Part shown: in pieces, positions 49,713 through 59,293 of the stretch
How the letters are laid out: every line of letters begins with the position of its first letter
Position numbering within the stretch: the stretch's first letter is position 1
Source: an uncultured delta proteobacterium
GTDB taxonomy: Bacteria > Desulfobacterota > Binatia > UBA9968
Length of the DNA: 64,000 bases
Direction: 5' to 3'
Assembly: GCA_963816145.1 (NCBI GenBank)
Contig: CAWFJP010000029.1
Span: forward strand, 1 to 64,000
Notes under the pieces: generated by a model
Told to the model about the DNA's origin: nothing
The model's database searches: none
Seen by the model: only the letters and a program-made list of their open reading frames with translations
Position numbers and translations under genes: made by a program

Positions 49713-52100
49713 TTAAGTTAGAGGTAGTTTGGCGCCTCGCGTGATGAATTTGGGTTTGATCGCAGAAACCAGCAGGGGAATCAAGATCAGAGCAGAGATC
49801 ATGTTGATGACCATTAAGGCAGCGATCACCAGGCCCATATTTGCCTGAAAGCGCACACTGGATAGGACATACCAGGGCAACATCCCGACGACGAGTGTGC
49901 TCCCCGTGAAAAAAACGGCTCGCCCGGTTGTCGAGATGGCGCGGCATACCGATTCATCGTAGTTATTGTGCAGCGGGTACTCTTCACAGATTCGACTCAT
50001 GAGGTAAATCGCATAGTCAATCCCTACACCAGTGCCGATGGCAAGTACCGGCAACGTGTTCACGTCCAGGCCGATGTCCATGTAGGCCATCACGCTTGTT
50101 GCAGCGAGGTTGGAGAAATTGACCGGAACCAGCAGAATCAATGCGGCAAGAACTGACTTGTAGGCGAGACTGCACATTACGAAGATCACCGTCATCACGA
50201 GGAGAAGAATCTCAAGTTGCGACCGCACGACGGTTTCATTGATGGCACCAATCAGTCCGATGGTTCCAGACGCCAGGCGAAGTTCGCCAGCGCTCGAGTC
50301 TTGGATGTGATCCACAGTTTCAAATGCTTTGGCCCGCTGCAAAGCGCGCTCGACAGTTTCGCTTCGATGATTCTTATACCACACGTTTATACTTGCTGCT
50401 GTTAAATTTCGCGTAAACCAGCGGTCGGAATCGCCGGGTCCGGTCCCGCTCAATGCCAATTGAGCGATCATCACCGCATCCGCTTGATTTTCCGGCACCA
50501 AGCCCCATTTCGGCAGGCCGCCGTGCAGCAAGCGATTGGTCGCGGTAACGAGGTCGGCGAAAGAAAATGTAGTGACGACGTCGGGGTCGAGTTCCATATA
50601 TCGTTGGAAGCGTTGCATGGTTTCTAACGAAGCGGGCTGGTGGATCGACGTCTGCGGTTCGCGGATTTCCTGAACGACCTGTAATATGTCGAACCCTGCA
50701 AACCGTTCATTGATTTTGCCGACGGCCTTGTTGTAGGCGCCATTGGGCCAGAGCAGTGCGGTTCCCGGCTGAGAATCGCCGACAGGAAGTTGGCGGATGG
50801 CCAGCGCCGAGCCAATCGCGGTGGTCAGCAGAATGAGTCCCGTAGCCCAGGCAAGTTTTCCACGACTCAATTGGAAAATGACTTTAAGAGACCGCTCAAC
50901 GCCGCGATCGAACCCTGCCAACGCCGGTGAAAGCAATCTGACAGTGACCCGTGCAGGGACTTGTCCGATCACCTGTGCCGCGTTGGGTGGCGGCGATAGA
51001 AAGGAGAGGACGATCGGCGTCAACAGAACATTGGCCGGAATCAGGCTCAGCGCCCAGCAGCCGGACACGATCGCGATTTTTTCGACCAGCGGGATCGGCG
51101 CGATGGCAATAAAAAATAATCCCGCCGCGTCCGTCAAGATCCCGAGGACTCCGGGCGGGAATATCGAGACCAGTGAACCTATGCAGGCCTTTTTTTGGTT
51201 TTGAGTCGCCGCATAGATTTCGAAATAGCGTTCACAGGCCTGAATCGCGTGGCTAAACGACCGCGCAATTAATAGCATGGGGAGCACCATCATTAGAGGA
51301 TCGAGGTTGATCTTGAGGACGGCCGCGATTCCTAACCCCCAAATCGAGGTAACGACCGAAACGACGATCGGCGTCAATGACCCGGCAACGTTGCGGACGT
51401 GAAGAACCAGAAGCACAACCATGCAAAAGAGTGTGGCTGCAAATATCACAAACGTTTGTCGCCGATAAAAATAAACCCAACCGGTCAGTAGGGGCGGGCC
51501 TGCGGCGTAAATCTCATGGTCGCTATCATTGAGCGTGCTAATGATCTTGTTCGTCCCATCAAATATAACCTGGTAGTCAACCAGCCTTTCCACGAAGGTG
51601 GCCTGAATCACAGCCGCATCCTCCTGGGGCGACACCAGCACACCGAATACTTCGGGAGATGAGCGAACCTTGGCGCGGAGAGTTTCCAAGTCCTTAGCAT
51701 CACGGGGGACGGGGCCGACAAGAAAGTTGGTCGATTGGATTCCGTCGGCAGCAGCTTCGACATGCTTGATTTTGGCGGAGGCTATTGAGAGCACTTGATT
51801 GTGATCGACTCCGGCAATCAAATCTACTTGTCTGGTTGCCTGCTGAATTTTCGTAAGAGTGTGCGGATTAAAAATGGTTCCCTTCTTCACCTGAATGACG
51901 AGATAGACTGAAAGCGGCGAGCCAAACTGAGGATATTTTTCGAAGAGCTTTGTAGCAGGATGGTTCACGGGGTAAAGATCACGGAAGTTGGTCGCGATCA
52001 CGAGATGGCACGCTTGCCAGGCAAAAAAAAGGGTGAGAAGGAGAATCGCCAAGACGGCCGATATGCGGTGGTCGTAAAGGCGCTCACCCCATCGTCTCAC
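49713..52100 (-). CDS. RND/MMPL family transporter
   Basis: Two sets of TM bundles; SHAIQ, GVGIDYAIY, TTGRAVFFT. Confidence 0.9.
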   Translation of the reverse strand: MRRWGERLYDHRISAVLAILLLTLFFAWQACHLVIATNFRDLYPVNHPATKLFEKYPQFGSPLSVYLVIQVKKGTIFNPHTLTKIQQATRQVDLIAGVDHNQVLSIASAKIKHVEAAADGIQSTNFLVGPVPRDAKDLETLRAKVRSSPEVFGVLVSPQEDAAVIQATFVERLVDYQVIFDGTNKIISTLNDSDHEIYAAGPPLLTGWVYFYRRQTFVIFAATLFCMVVLLVLHVRNVAGSLTPIVVSVVTSIWGLGIAAVLKINLDPLMMVLPMLLIARSFSHAIQACERYFEIYAATQNQKKACIGSLVSIFPPGVLGILTDAAGLFFIAIAPIPLVEKIAIVSGCWALSLIPANVLLTPIVLSFLSPPPNAAQVIGQVPARVTVRLLSPALAGFDRGVERSLKVIFQLSRGKLAWATGLILLTTAIGSALAIRQLPVGDSQPGTALLWPNGAYNKAVGKINERFAGFDILQVVQEIREPQTSIHQPASLETMQRFQRYMELDPDVVTTFSFADLVTATNRLLHGGLPKWGLVPENQADAVMIAQLALSGTGPGDSDRWFTRNLTAASINVWYKNHRSETVERALQRAKAFETVDHIQDSSAGELRLASGTIGLIGAINETVVRSQLEILLLVMTVIFVMCSLAYKSVLAALILLVPVNFSNLAATSVMAYMDIGLDVNTLPVLAIGTGVGIDYAIYLMSRICEEYPLHNNYDESVCRAISTTGRAVFFTGSTLVVGMLPWYVLSSVRFQANMGLVIAALMVINMISALILIPLLVSAIKPKFITRGAKLPLT

Positions 52101-53152
52101 GGTGCAGCCGCCTTTCTCTTGGATAGACTGTTGTCCATCGAAGCGAAATGAATCCTGCGAATGATGCCGGCTTGACCGACAATGACCGCAGCGTCAGCAC
52201 CACCCGAAACGCCGCTCAGCCAAGTTGGATTATTGGAGGGATCGAGATTGCGCCATTCTAAGCCGCCATTATTTGTTTGTAGCGCTATGCCTTGTCCGAC
52301 GATCAGTCCGCGTTGGCCGTCGATCCAAACTGCGTACAAATCTTTTTTAGTCCCGGCGTCGATCTCATGCCAGGTTTGTCCTCCATCGTTTGTCTTCAAG
52401 ACCGTTCCGCCCGTGCCTATGGCCCAACCGGTGAGCCGGTCACGAAATCTAACCGACGTGATCTGAGGGGAGCCGGCCCCAAACCGTCTCGCGTTCCATG
52501 AACTGCCGCCGTCCTTAGTATGAAGCAGCAGGCCAAACTCGCCGCCCAACCAGCCTTCTTTATCATCGAGGAAATAGACGGTATTGAGGTTTGGTTCCAG
52601 TTGGCCGCTCTCGTGGATCAGCCGCGGTACGAGCCGATTCCAGGTTAGGCTGTGCCTTGTCCAGTGCACTCCACCGTCATTAGTCGAGAGCAGCGTGCCA
52701 AAAGATCCGGCGATAAATGCGCGGTTGGCGCTTGGGGCGTTCACTTCAAGAAGATGAGTTTTTGTTGTTGAGTCTCCTACTTGCCAGGTTCGACCGCCGT
52801 CGGCTGTCGTTAAGATGATGCCGCCGCCGCCGACGGCAAAGCCGTGAAGCTCGTCGGCAAACGAAACCGACGTCAATGGTTTGCGGGTTCCGCTAATTTG
52901 CGCGTTCCAGTTTTTGCCACTATTGGAAGTATGGAGAATCTTGCCAAATTTTCCGACCACCCAGCCCGCGCCGTGCTGAGTAAGATGAATCGAATAAAGC
53001 TCGTCGTGGGGCGTGAAATGCCGTTCTCGAAGAACGCTCGTCGAAGTGTTCTTGTTCGAAGGAGCTGATGCCCGAGTTGTGAGGTGTCCGAAGATGGTCG
53101 CTATGGCAAAGATACCAAGTGTCACTAATCGTGGGTGGCGTAGCCTGGTCAT
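52097..53152 (-). CDS. YCF48-related BNR-repeat beta-propeller protein
   Basis: Repeated GW.VG..G.IL.T.DGG.TW; overlaps the RND start. Confidence 0.85.
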   Translation of the reverse strand: MTRLRHPRLVTLGIFAIATIFGHLTTRASAPSNKNTSTSVLRERHFTPHDELYSIHLTQHGAGWVVGKFGKILHTSNSGKNWNAQISGTRKPLTSVSFADELHGFAVGGGGIILTTADGGRTWQVGDSTTKTHLLEVNAPSANRAFIAGSFGTLLSTNDGGVHWTRHSLTWNRLVPRLIHESGQLEPNLNTVYFLDDKEGWLGGEFGLLLHTKDGGSSWNARRFGAGSPQITSVRFRDRLTGWAIGTGGTVLKTNDGGQTWHEIDAGTKKDLYAVWIDGQRGLIVGQGIALQTNNGGLEWRNLDPSNNPTWLSGVSGGADAAVIVGQAGIIRRIHFASMDNSLSKRKAAAP

Positions 53153-53203
53153 TTGGCAATGAAAATTCAACTTAGATCCGCGACTGGCGCGGAATATAAT
53201 TAA

Positions 53204-53832
53204 TCCAGGGTAAACCCCCGGCTTTGCCGGGGGACTCACAAAGTTTGACTTTTCGGGCAATCGAGAAAAAGCCTCCAAATCGTGAACCGCTCAAGGCTCA
53301 ACGAAGAGGAGGCTAGAGTGAACAACAGCACAGAAAATCTAAAGCACACCCGATGGGAATGCAAGTATCATGTGGTGTTCATCCCGAAGTATCGACGTAA
53401 GGTGATGTATGGGTCGATACGGCAAGAACTAGGGTCGATCATACGGGAATTGGCGCAACAGAAGGAGAGCCACGTGGAGGAGGGGCATCTTATGGCAGAT
53501 CATGTTCATATCATGCTGTCGGTGCCGCCGAAGTACTCGGTGTCCGGGGTGGTGGGATACATCAAGGGGAAGAGTGCGATAGCGATCGCCCGAAAGTTTA
53601 TGGATCGCAAGAAAAACTTTGTGGGGCTGAACTTTTGGGCGAGGGGATACTATGTGTCGACGGTAGGGAGAGACGAAGCGCAGGTACGTGCTTATATCAG
53701 GGAACAGGAGAAAGAAGACCGTCGGCTCGATCAACTAAAGATGTTCAAGTAACACGCATGCCGGCGTAGCCGGCCAGACCGCTTTGAGCGGTTCACAATT
53801 CAAGCCTCCGGCTTTGCCGGAGGTACATGACT
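53204..53832 (+). mobile_element. IS200-type insertion sequence (tnpA only)
   Basis: End hairpins cccccggctttgccggggg and cctccggctttgccggagg; TTAA beside both ends. Confidence 0.85.
53318..53752 (+). CDS. tnpA: IS200/IS605 family transposase
   Basis: CKYHVVFIPKYRRK, DHVHI, IKGKS, FWARGYYVSTVG, YIREQ; GAGGAGG RBS before GTG. Confidence 0.95.
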   Translation: MNNSTENLKHTRWECKYHVVFIPKYRRKVMYGSIRQELGSIIRELAQQKESHVEEGHLMADHVHIMLSVPPKYSVSGVVGYIKGKSAIAIARKFMDRKKNFVGLNFWARGYYVSTVGRDEAQVRAYIREQEKEDRRLDQLKMFK

Positions 53833-53944
53833 TAAATCGTTGGTCAGCCGATCGGTGGCCGTGTTTCACCGCCTGAGGTTCATAGTGTTTCTTGCGTCAC
53901 GACGTCAACATTAAGTCGTCGGTTATTTGCCGGAATCCTGGGTT

Positions 53945-55021
53945 TCACCGCAGCGCCGGTACGACCTGTTTGGTGAGCAAGTTGATAGCCTCGTCATAAT
54001 CCGGGCCGAGCTTGGCGAAGGCGACGTGGTCGTAGCCCAGTTGGCCGGCGGCGCCGGCCAACTCGATGATTTGATCTCTGACTTCTTCCGGTTTTCCCGC
54101 GGCGTAGTAGCAGCGCACCATATGATCGCTCACCAGTGCGGCGGCTTGTTCGATGGTGGCGCCGGACTCGAAGGCTTGTTTGAGCTTCAACACCTGCTCG
54201 CGGGCGACGCCCATCTTGGCGTACTCGTCCGGCGTGAAGCCCAAAGCTTCCCATTGCAGGATCGAGTGGGCGACCTGGCGCCGGGGAAAATCCAGGGCGC
54301 GCTCGCGATCAGCCGAAATCGACACGTTCAACTCGCAGACTTTGCGTAAACGCTTGCCGGGATCGACAGCTTTCGCTGCGGCGTCGGCGGTGGCGAGCAT
54401 GCCTTCGAGCCGCCCGGCTTTGAGCATGGGAATATAGGTTCCCGAGCTGATCAAGCCGTCCATGATGCGGCCGCACATGCGCAGCGACTGCGGCCCGTTG
54501 CCGCCGCCGTAGAATTTGAATTGCGTTTTGGGCTTGAAGGCGAGCGAGAATTTGCCTTTGGGGTTGAGGCGGTAGAATTCCGTTAAAAAAGGAAAGTCGG
54601 AATACGGGAATTTTTCGCCGGCGAGCGCGCGGCGCAGTAGCCCGGTGGTTTCGCTGACCATGGCGATGGGTTTCAGCGCTTGGACATGCTGCGGCGACTG
54701 GCCGAGGTCGCCGCGGGCGATGCCGATGCTGATCTCGCGCCCTTCACAGAGTTCGGAGACGGCGGCGAAGGCGTCCGCCATGTCTAACGGATTGTGAAAA
54801 TAGGGCACCATGATCGCTGTGCCGAGACGAATCGGCACCTGAGCCGCGATGGCGCTCAGCACCACCATCTGGTTGCGGTAGCGAATGTTGTCGTTGAGCC
54901 AGATCTGGGTGAATCCGCTATCGGCGCCGAGCTGCGCCAACCGTATGAGGTCACGCAGGGCATAGTGATTGGCCAGATGGGTGACGAATTGCAGGCCGAG
55001 TTCGCCGGTGAAGATCGCCAT
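53945..55021 (-). CDS. LLM-class flavin-dependent oxidoreductase (Mer-like)
   Basis: GFTQIWL.D, IRLGTAI..P, GGNGPQSL..CGRIMDG, VVPAL. Confidence 0.85.
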   Translation of the reverse strand: MAIFTGELGLQFVTHLANHYALRDLIRLAQLGADSGFTQIWLNDNIRYRNQMVVLSAIAAQVPIRLGTAIMVPYFHNPLDMADAFAAVSELCEGREISIGIARGDLGQSPQHVQALKPIAMVSETTGLLRRALAGEKFPYSDFPFLTEFYRLNPKGKFSLAFKPKTQFKFYGGGNGPQSLRMCGRIMDGLISSGTYIPMLKAGRLEGMLATADAAAKAVDPGKRLRKVCELNVSISADRERALDFPRRQVAHSILQWEALGFTPDEYAKMGVAREQVLKLKQAFESGATIEQAAALVSDHMVRCYYAAGKPEEVRDQIIELAGAAGQLGYDHVAFAKLGPDYDEAINLLTKQVVPALR

Positions 55022-55078
55022 AATTATGTGTTCATGGTTGCTGCGAATTGGCGGCAGGGAGATGGAAAATCAATTACT

Positions 55079-55355
55079 CACCACGAAGACGCGAAGGACA
55101 CGAAGGTTTAGAAGTAATATTTCCGAACCCTTCGTGCTCTTCGTGCCTCCTTAGAAAATGCATTTGCAGGTACGATCTCGGCGACGAATTGGCATGAGGC
55201 TTCCGTCATACCGGCGAAAGCCGGTATCCATCCCCTCCCGCCCCTGGATGCCGGCCTGCGCCGGCATGACGAATCAAAAAAAAATCATGGGGTGGTGGGA
55301 TGGTTGCAATTTCATATTCTGTAGACGAGCGTAAGCTCATGGACACTTCGTGGTG
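55079..55355. repeat. CACCACGAAG repeat interrupted by a ~199-bp CT-flanked mini-element that contains a GTCAT REP
   Basis: cttcgtgc-CT-[ccttagaaaat...ggaca]-CT-tcgtggtg. Confidence 0.7.
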
Positions 55356-55375
55356 AAGATTGTCTGTTGTACAGT

Positions 55376-56317
55376 TTAAATTTCGGTTACGTTTCGCACC
55401 TTTAGTTTCTTGCGCTTGGCCTGATCCAGAACGAATTTGCCAACCACCAGATCTTCGTCGGCGATACCGTTGGATTGAAAAAAGATGCGCTTGGGGCGTG
55501 GTTCGGGCATGCCGCCAGCGACGAATTTCTCCAACGGCATGATGTCCTCCCAACGGGCGATGCGGCTTTGGCAGGCTTCGACCAGGTCGCCGCTGTCGGC
55601 TTTGGCGGCGCCGATGTCGTCGGTGACGATCAGATCCATGCGCCGGATCAGGTTGTTCGAAACTTCATGTTTCACCGTGGAGTTGGCGCCAATGGACGCG
55701 ACCAGCACTTCAGACTTGAGATTGTTGCCGGTGGCTACCGGCGTGGCCGAATCCGTCGACACCACCAGGATGTCAGAGAGTCCTTCGCACTCGTCGATGC
55801 TGTCGACTTCCTTCCAGTCGACATTGACGACTTTGCTCATCTGTTTGACGAAATCCTTGCGCCGTTTGGGCGTGCGGCCCCAGACGACCACTTGTTCGAT
55901 ATCGCAGGTTTCAAGAATCGCTTCGACCTGGAACGTTGCCTGCCAGCCGGGGCCGATGACGCCCAGGACTTTACTATTGGCTGGAGCGAGGTATTTGGCG
56001 GCGACCCCAGTGGCGGCGCCGGTGCGCAGGCTGCTCAGGTAGGCCATGTTGACGATGCCTTGGATGCCGCCCTTGCCGCCGTGAAAAAGCGTGACGATAT
56101 TGGCGCCGGCGGCGTAGGAGCGCAGGCAGATCAGATCGGAGTCCTGGTGCCAGGCGGCCATCATATTGAGCTGCTTTGAGCTGCCCTTGAGACGGCGGCG
56201 CGGCACGTTGCGCATCTTGCCGGCGGCGCGGTCACGGAACATTTTGTCGACCAAGTTGACGGCTTGAGACATGGTGATGAGCTTGCGAGTTTGCGGTTCG
56301 CTGATGATGAGTGCCAT
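55376..56317 (-). CDS. Ornithine cyclodeaminase/mu-crystallin family protein
   Basis: LRTGAATGVAAKYLA, GPGWQA, SIGAN, FQSNGIADED. Confidence 0.88.
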   Translation of the reverse strand: MALIISEPQTRKLITMSQAVNLVDKMFRDRAAGKMRNVPRRRLKGSSKQLNMMAAWHQDSDLICLRSYAAGANIVTLFHGGKGGIQGIVNMAYLSSLRTGAATGVAAKYLAPANSKVLGVIGPGWQATFQVEAILETCDIEQVVVWGRTPKRRKDFVKQMSKVVNVDWKEVDSIDECEGLSDILVVSTDSATPVATGNNLKSEVLVASIGANSTVKHEVSNNLIRRMDLIVTDDIGAAKADSGDLVEACQSRIARWEDIMPLEKFVAGGMPEPRPKRIFFQSNGIADEDLVVGKFVLDQAKRKKLKVRNVTEI

Positions 56318-56510
56318 AGCTAGAAAATCCTCCCAGCGTTGTATAGCCCAGGAAAAGTGACGGGGCAAGGTGCAATTTTGCTGCCGCCAATGTCTAAACG
56401 AGAAAAAGCCTTGACCGTACCGGCGGATCGCCGCAGAATGAATTTAAATTGGCACCGCACCGGGTGCGTCGCAATAATCTGCCGATTCAAGTCGAGAGTG
56501 AGCATGTGAG

Positions 56511-57275
56511 ATGGCACAATCTACGATCCAAACCCGGCTTTGCCCTCATTGCGCCAACAGCATAGCGCTGGACACGTTGACCTGCCCTTACTGCAAGGAA
56601 AGCCTCAACGCTGCCGCTGCCTTGCCGCAGTGGCCCAGCCCGGATGACGACGCGCCGGCGGTTCAAGTCGAATCCAAGCGCGAAGGTATGCCGCTGGGCT
56701 CAAAGATTATTTTGGTCTTAGGTCTCTTCATGTTCGCACTTGGCGTGTACCTCGTCGGCGGACAAAACGAGCGCAGTGATCTCGCGCCGCAACTCGATGC
56801 CAAGGATAAAGAGCTGCAAGATCGGCAAGACAAGATCAAATCCCTCGAAGATCAGCTGGCGCAGGCGCGGGAGGAGTTGAAAGGCAGCGCCGCGCAGCTT
56901 GAAGCGCTTAAGGCTAAGTTTGCCGTCCAGGAAAAAAGTTTAGCGGCGGCACAGAAGCAGGGTAAAGACATCAATCGCCAAGTGGGCAGATTGGCGAGCC
57001 GTCCTGCGGACGCGCCATTGCCGCCGGTGCGTCCGCGTGAGCCCGCTCCGGCGCCGCGCCGCGCATTCGAACCGGGTTTGTATCAAACCGTGCGCTCCAC
57101 CGCGCTGCACGAGGAACCGATTGCTGGCTCGCGGGTGCTGACGCGGATCGGCGGCGGCACGCAAATCACCGTGGTGCGCGGCGTCGGTGAGTGGCTCGAA
57201 GTGCGCTCGAAACATGGCAACCCGCCCGGCTTTGTTCGCGCCGATGATGCTAAGTTCGTCGGCAGAGCCAATTAG
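56511..57275 (+). CDS. Zinc ribbon-TM-coiled coil-SH3 domain protein
   Basis: CPHC/CPYC, one TM helix, heptad region, GEWLEV...GFV. Confidence 0.75.
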   Translation: MAQSTIQTRLCPHCANSIALDTLTCPYCKESLNAAAALPQWPSPDDDAPAVQVESKREGMPLGSKIILVLGLFMFALGVYLVGGQNERSDLAPQLDAKDKELQDRQDKIKSLEDQLAQAREELKGSAAQLEALKAKFAVQEKSLAAAQKQGKDINRQVGRLASRPADAPLPPVRPREPAPAPRRAFEPGLYQTVRSTALHEEPIAGSRVLTRIGGGTQITVVRGVGEWLEVRSKHGNPPGFVRADDAKFVGRAN

Positions 57276-57870
57276 CTCACCGCGGCGATTTCAACGCCGC
57301 AATCATCGCACTGCGGCTGCTCACAAATGTTTTTTGTATATTTCGGTTCGTGTCAACACTGATATCGGCTCTAGCGGCGCTCGAGAATCCGGGCCGCTCA
57401 GGAATTATTGCTGTGAAAGAGCCTGTTCTCGCGGAGCACTTCGTTTCCCTTGGCGCTCGTCACCCTAGTGGTTCACGATAGGTTACAGATTTTCGCCATG
57501 GCAAAGCCCAACACCATGATTCAGTGTTTGTGTCCGACCATCGGCGCGGTCGGCCGGTGAGCATATATGCGCTTGATCATGGGCTCCTGCCGGCGGTGTC
57601 GATGTTGGCAGGGAACAGGGATCCCTGGCGGGGTGGCGACGTTGATCTTGATGGGCGCGATCGTCATCGTGCTTGCTGTACTTATCGTTAACTCCGCCTC
57701 TTGAGGCGGGCACAACTAAATGGGGTTTCGAAAGGGGGGGCGAGCATCCCCTTTGCAATATTGAAATTGGCGGCGGGGTTAAATCCCCGCCCGCGAACGG
57801 GTTCGTTTAATGATCGCTTGTCGCGCGCCGGTAGTGCGCGAGTTGAGTCTGTCGTCCAAGAGTTGGCTTA

Positions 57871-57900
57871 TTGACTTAGCCGGGGCGCGATTCCTATGAT
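57871..57900 (+). promoter_or_regulatory. Sigma70-like promoter
   Basis: TTGACT-N18-TATGAT upstream of the GGAGG RBS. Confidence 0.45.
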
Positions 57901-57922
57901 GCCTTGGTATTTTGGAGGCGTT

Positions 57923-59134
57923 ATGAATCTAGTCGCGCCGGTGACAGTTCTTGCAGTTGTCTTCACATTTGCGTCAAGCGCCGCGGCCCAGGGTTTTCGC
58001 GGTTTCGCAACAGGTGGTGGAAGCTCGTCAGGTTCAGGACAGTCCGGCACGACCGGCAGTCCGAGCCGTAGCGGCACGAGTGGTTCCGGGACCATTACGA
58101 CCGCGCCGGGACCAAGCGTCCTACCGGGACCAGGCGTGCCCATTCAGAGCACGCCACGGGCCGCCGTGCCACAGGTTACTGTGCCACGATTCGTTCCCCC
58201 GGTCGTTCACGGTGGCGTACCCCTCGCTCCGCACGGCATGCCTGGTTTGGGGACCATCACGACCGCGCCGCCACCAGCCGGCGCGCCGGCGACGAAAGGG
58301 CAGATTCCTCGTGCTTCACCCGGCGGGACGCCGCGCGTCGCTCCCCGAATGCCATCTGGTGGCGGTTTTGCCATCACTCCGCTGGTCCCACTGCACCATC
58401 CGCCAGGCGGGGGTATCGATAGCGGGCGACCACCGCATCGGCCATCCCACCCGCTACGACCGCCCTTTAATCGATTTTTTCGCCATCCGGGCATCATAGT
58501 TTTCGGCAGCCCTTTTTACCCTTACGCACCTTACTACTACCCGTACACTGTGGTTACTGAAATGGCGCCGGGAGTGCTGCGCGAAGAGCGCCGTTATGCC
58601 GACGAACCGCCCGCCGGATCGCCTACCCCGAGCAGTGATCAGCTAGGGCCGTTCGAGCCGATGCCGCAGGAAGTAGTCGATCGCATGTTGTGGCTCGCGA
58701 ATGTGAAAGCGGGAGACCTCCTCTACGATCTTGGCGCGGGCGACGGCCGTGTGGCGATCGCTGCGGCAAAGAAATACGGTATCAAGGCGGTGGGCTTTGA
58801 GATCGATCCAAGTCTGGTCAAGCTGGCGCGTGAGAATGTGCGCAGGCAGGGTGTCGAGCACCTGGTGGAGATTCGCCAAGAGGATATTTTGGCGGTGGAT
58901 ATGTCTTTGCCATCGGTGGTGACGTTGTATCTCTCTTACGACGGTAATCTAGCCGTTAGACCGAACCTGATGAGCCGCCTCAGGCCGGGTGCGCGCGTGG
59001 TTTCGTACGGGTATGACATGGCGGAGTGGCAGGCGAAGGTGTCGGAAAGCTACCGCGATAATTCCGGCAATAGTCACATGATTTATCTGTGGGAGATCGG
59101 CGGCCCGCTGGTTTTCGGCGCCGTGCGGCCGTAG
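57923..59134 (+). CDS. Signal peptide + Pro/Gly-rich region + class I SAM methyltransferase domain
   Basis: YDLGAGDGR, GFEID, VVTLYL, LRPGARVVS. Confidence 0.8.
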   Translation: MNLVAPVTVLAVVFTFASSAAAQGFRGFATGGGSSSGSGQSGTTGSPSRSGTSGSGTITTAPGPSVLPGPGVPIQSTPRAAVPQVTVPRFVPPVVHGGVPLAPHGMPGLGTITTAPPPAGAPATKGQIPRASPGGTPRVAPRMPSGGGFAITPLVPLHHPPGGGIDSGRPPHRPSHPLRPPFNRFFRHPGIIVFGSPFYPYAPYYYPYTVVTEMAPGVLREERRYADEPPAGSPTPSSDQLGPFEPMPQEVVDRMLWLANVKAGDLLYDLGAGDGRVAIAAAKKYGIKAVGFEIDPSLVKLARENVRRQGVEHLVEIRQEDILAVDMSLPSVVTLYLSYDGNLAVRPNLMSRLRPGARVVSYGYDMAEWQAKVSESYRDNSGNSHMIYLWEIGGPLVFGAVRP

Positions 59135-59293
59135 GCGCGGCAAACGAAAAAATCCCGACCGTGCACTGGAGCCTACTTAGGCGCAATGGCACTGATCATC
59201 GAACACCCACCTACCCTGAAGTAACAAGAATTCTCAAATATCTTCGCTGCCGCAAGCCGAGTCGGTGCGGTAACGGAGATTTTTGATTCTTTA

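Noticed and set aside
52097-53152. Photosystem II assembly factor implying phototrophy
   Set aside because: Context is the RND/DUF1302/DUF1329 operon; no photosynthesis genes
57567-57704. Possible 45-aa membrane peptide
   Set aside because: No RBS or other support beyond one hydrophobic stretch
57765-57860. Minus-strand tRNA suggested by a ...CCGCCGCCA end
   Set aside because: No cloverleaf or T-loop; it is a simple ggcggggttaaatccccgcc hairpin
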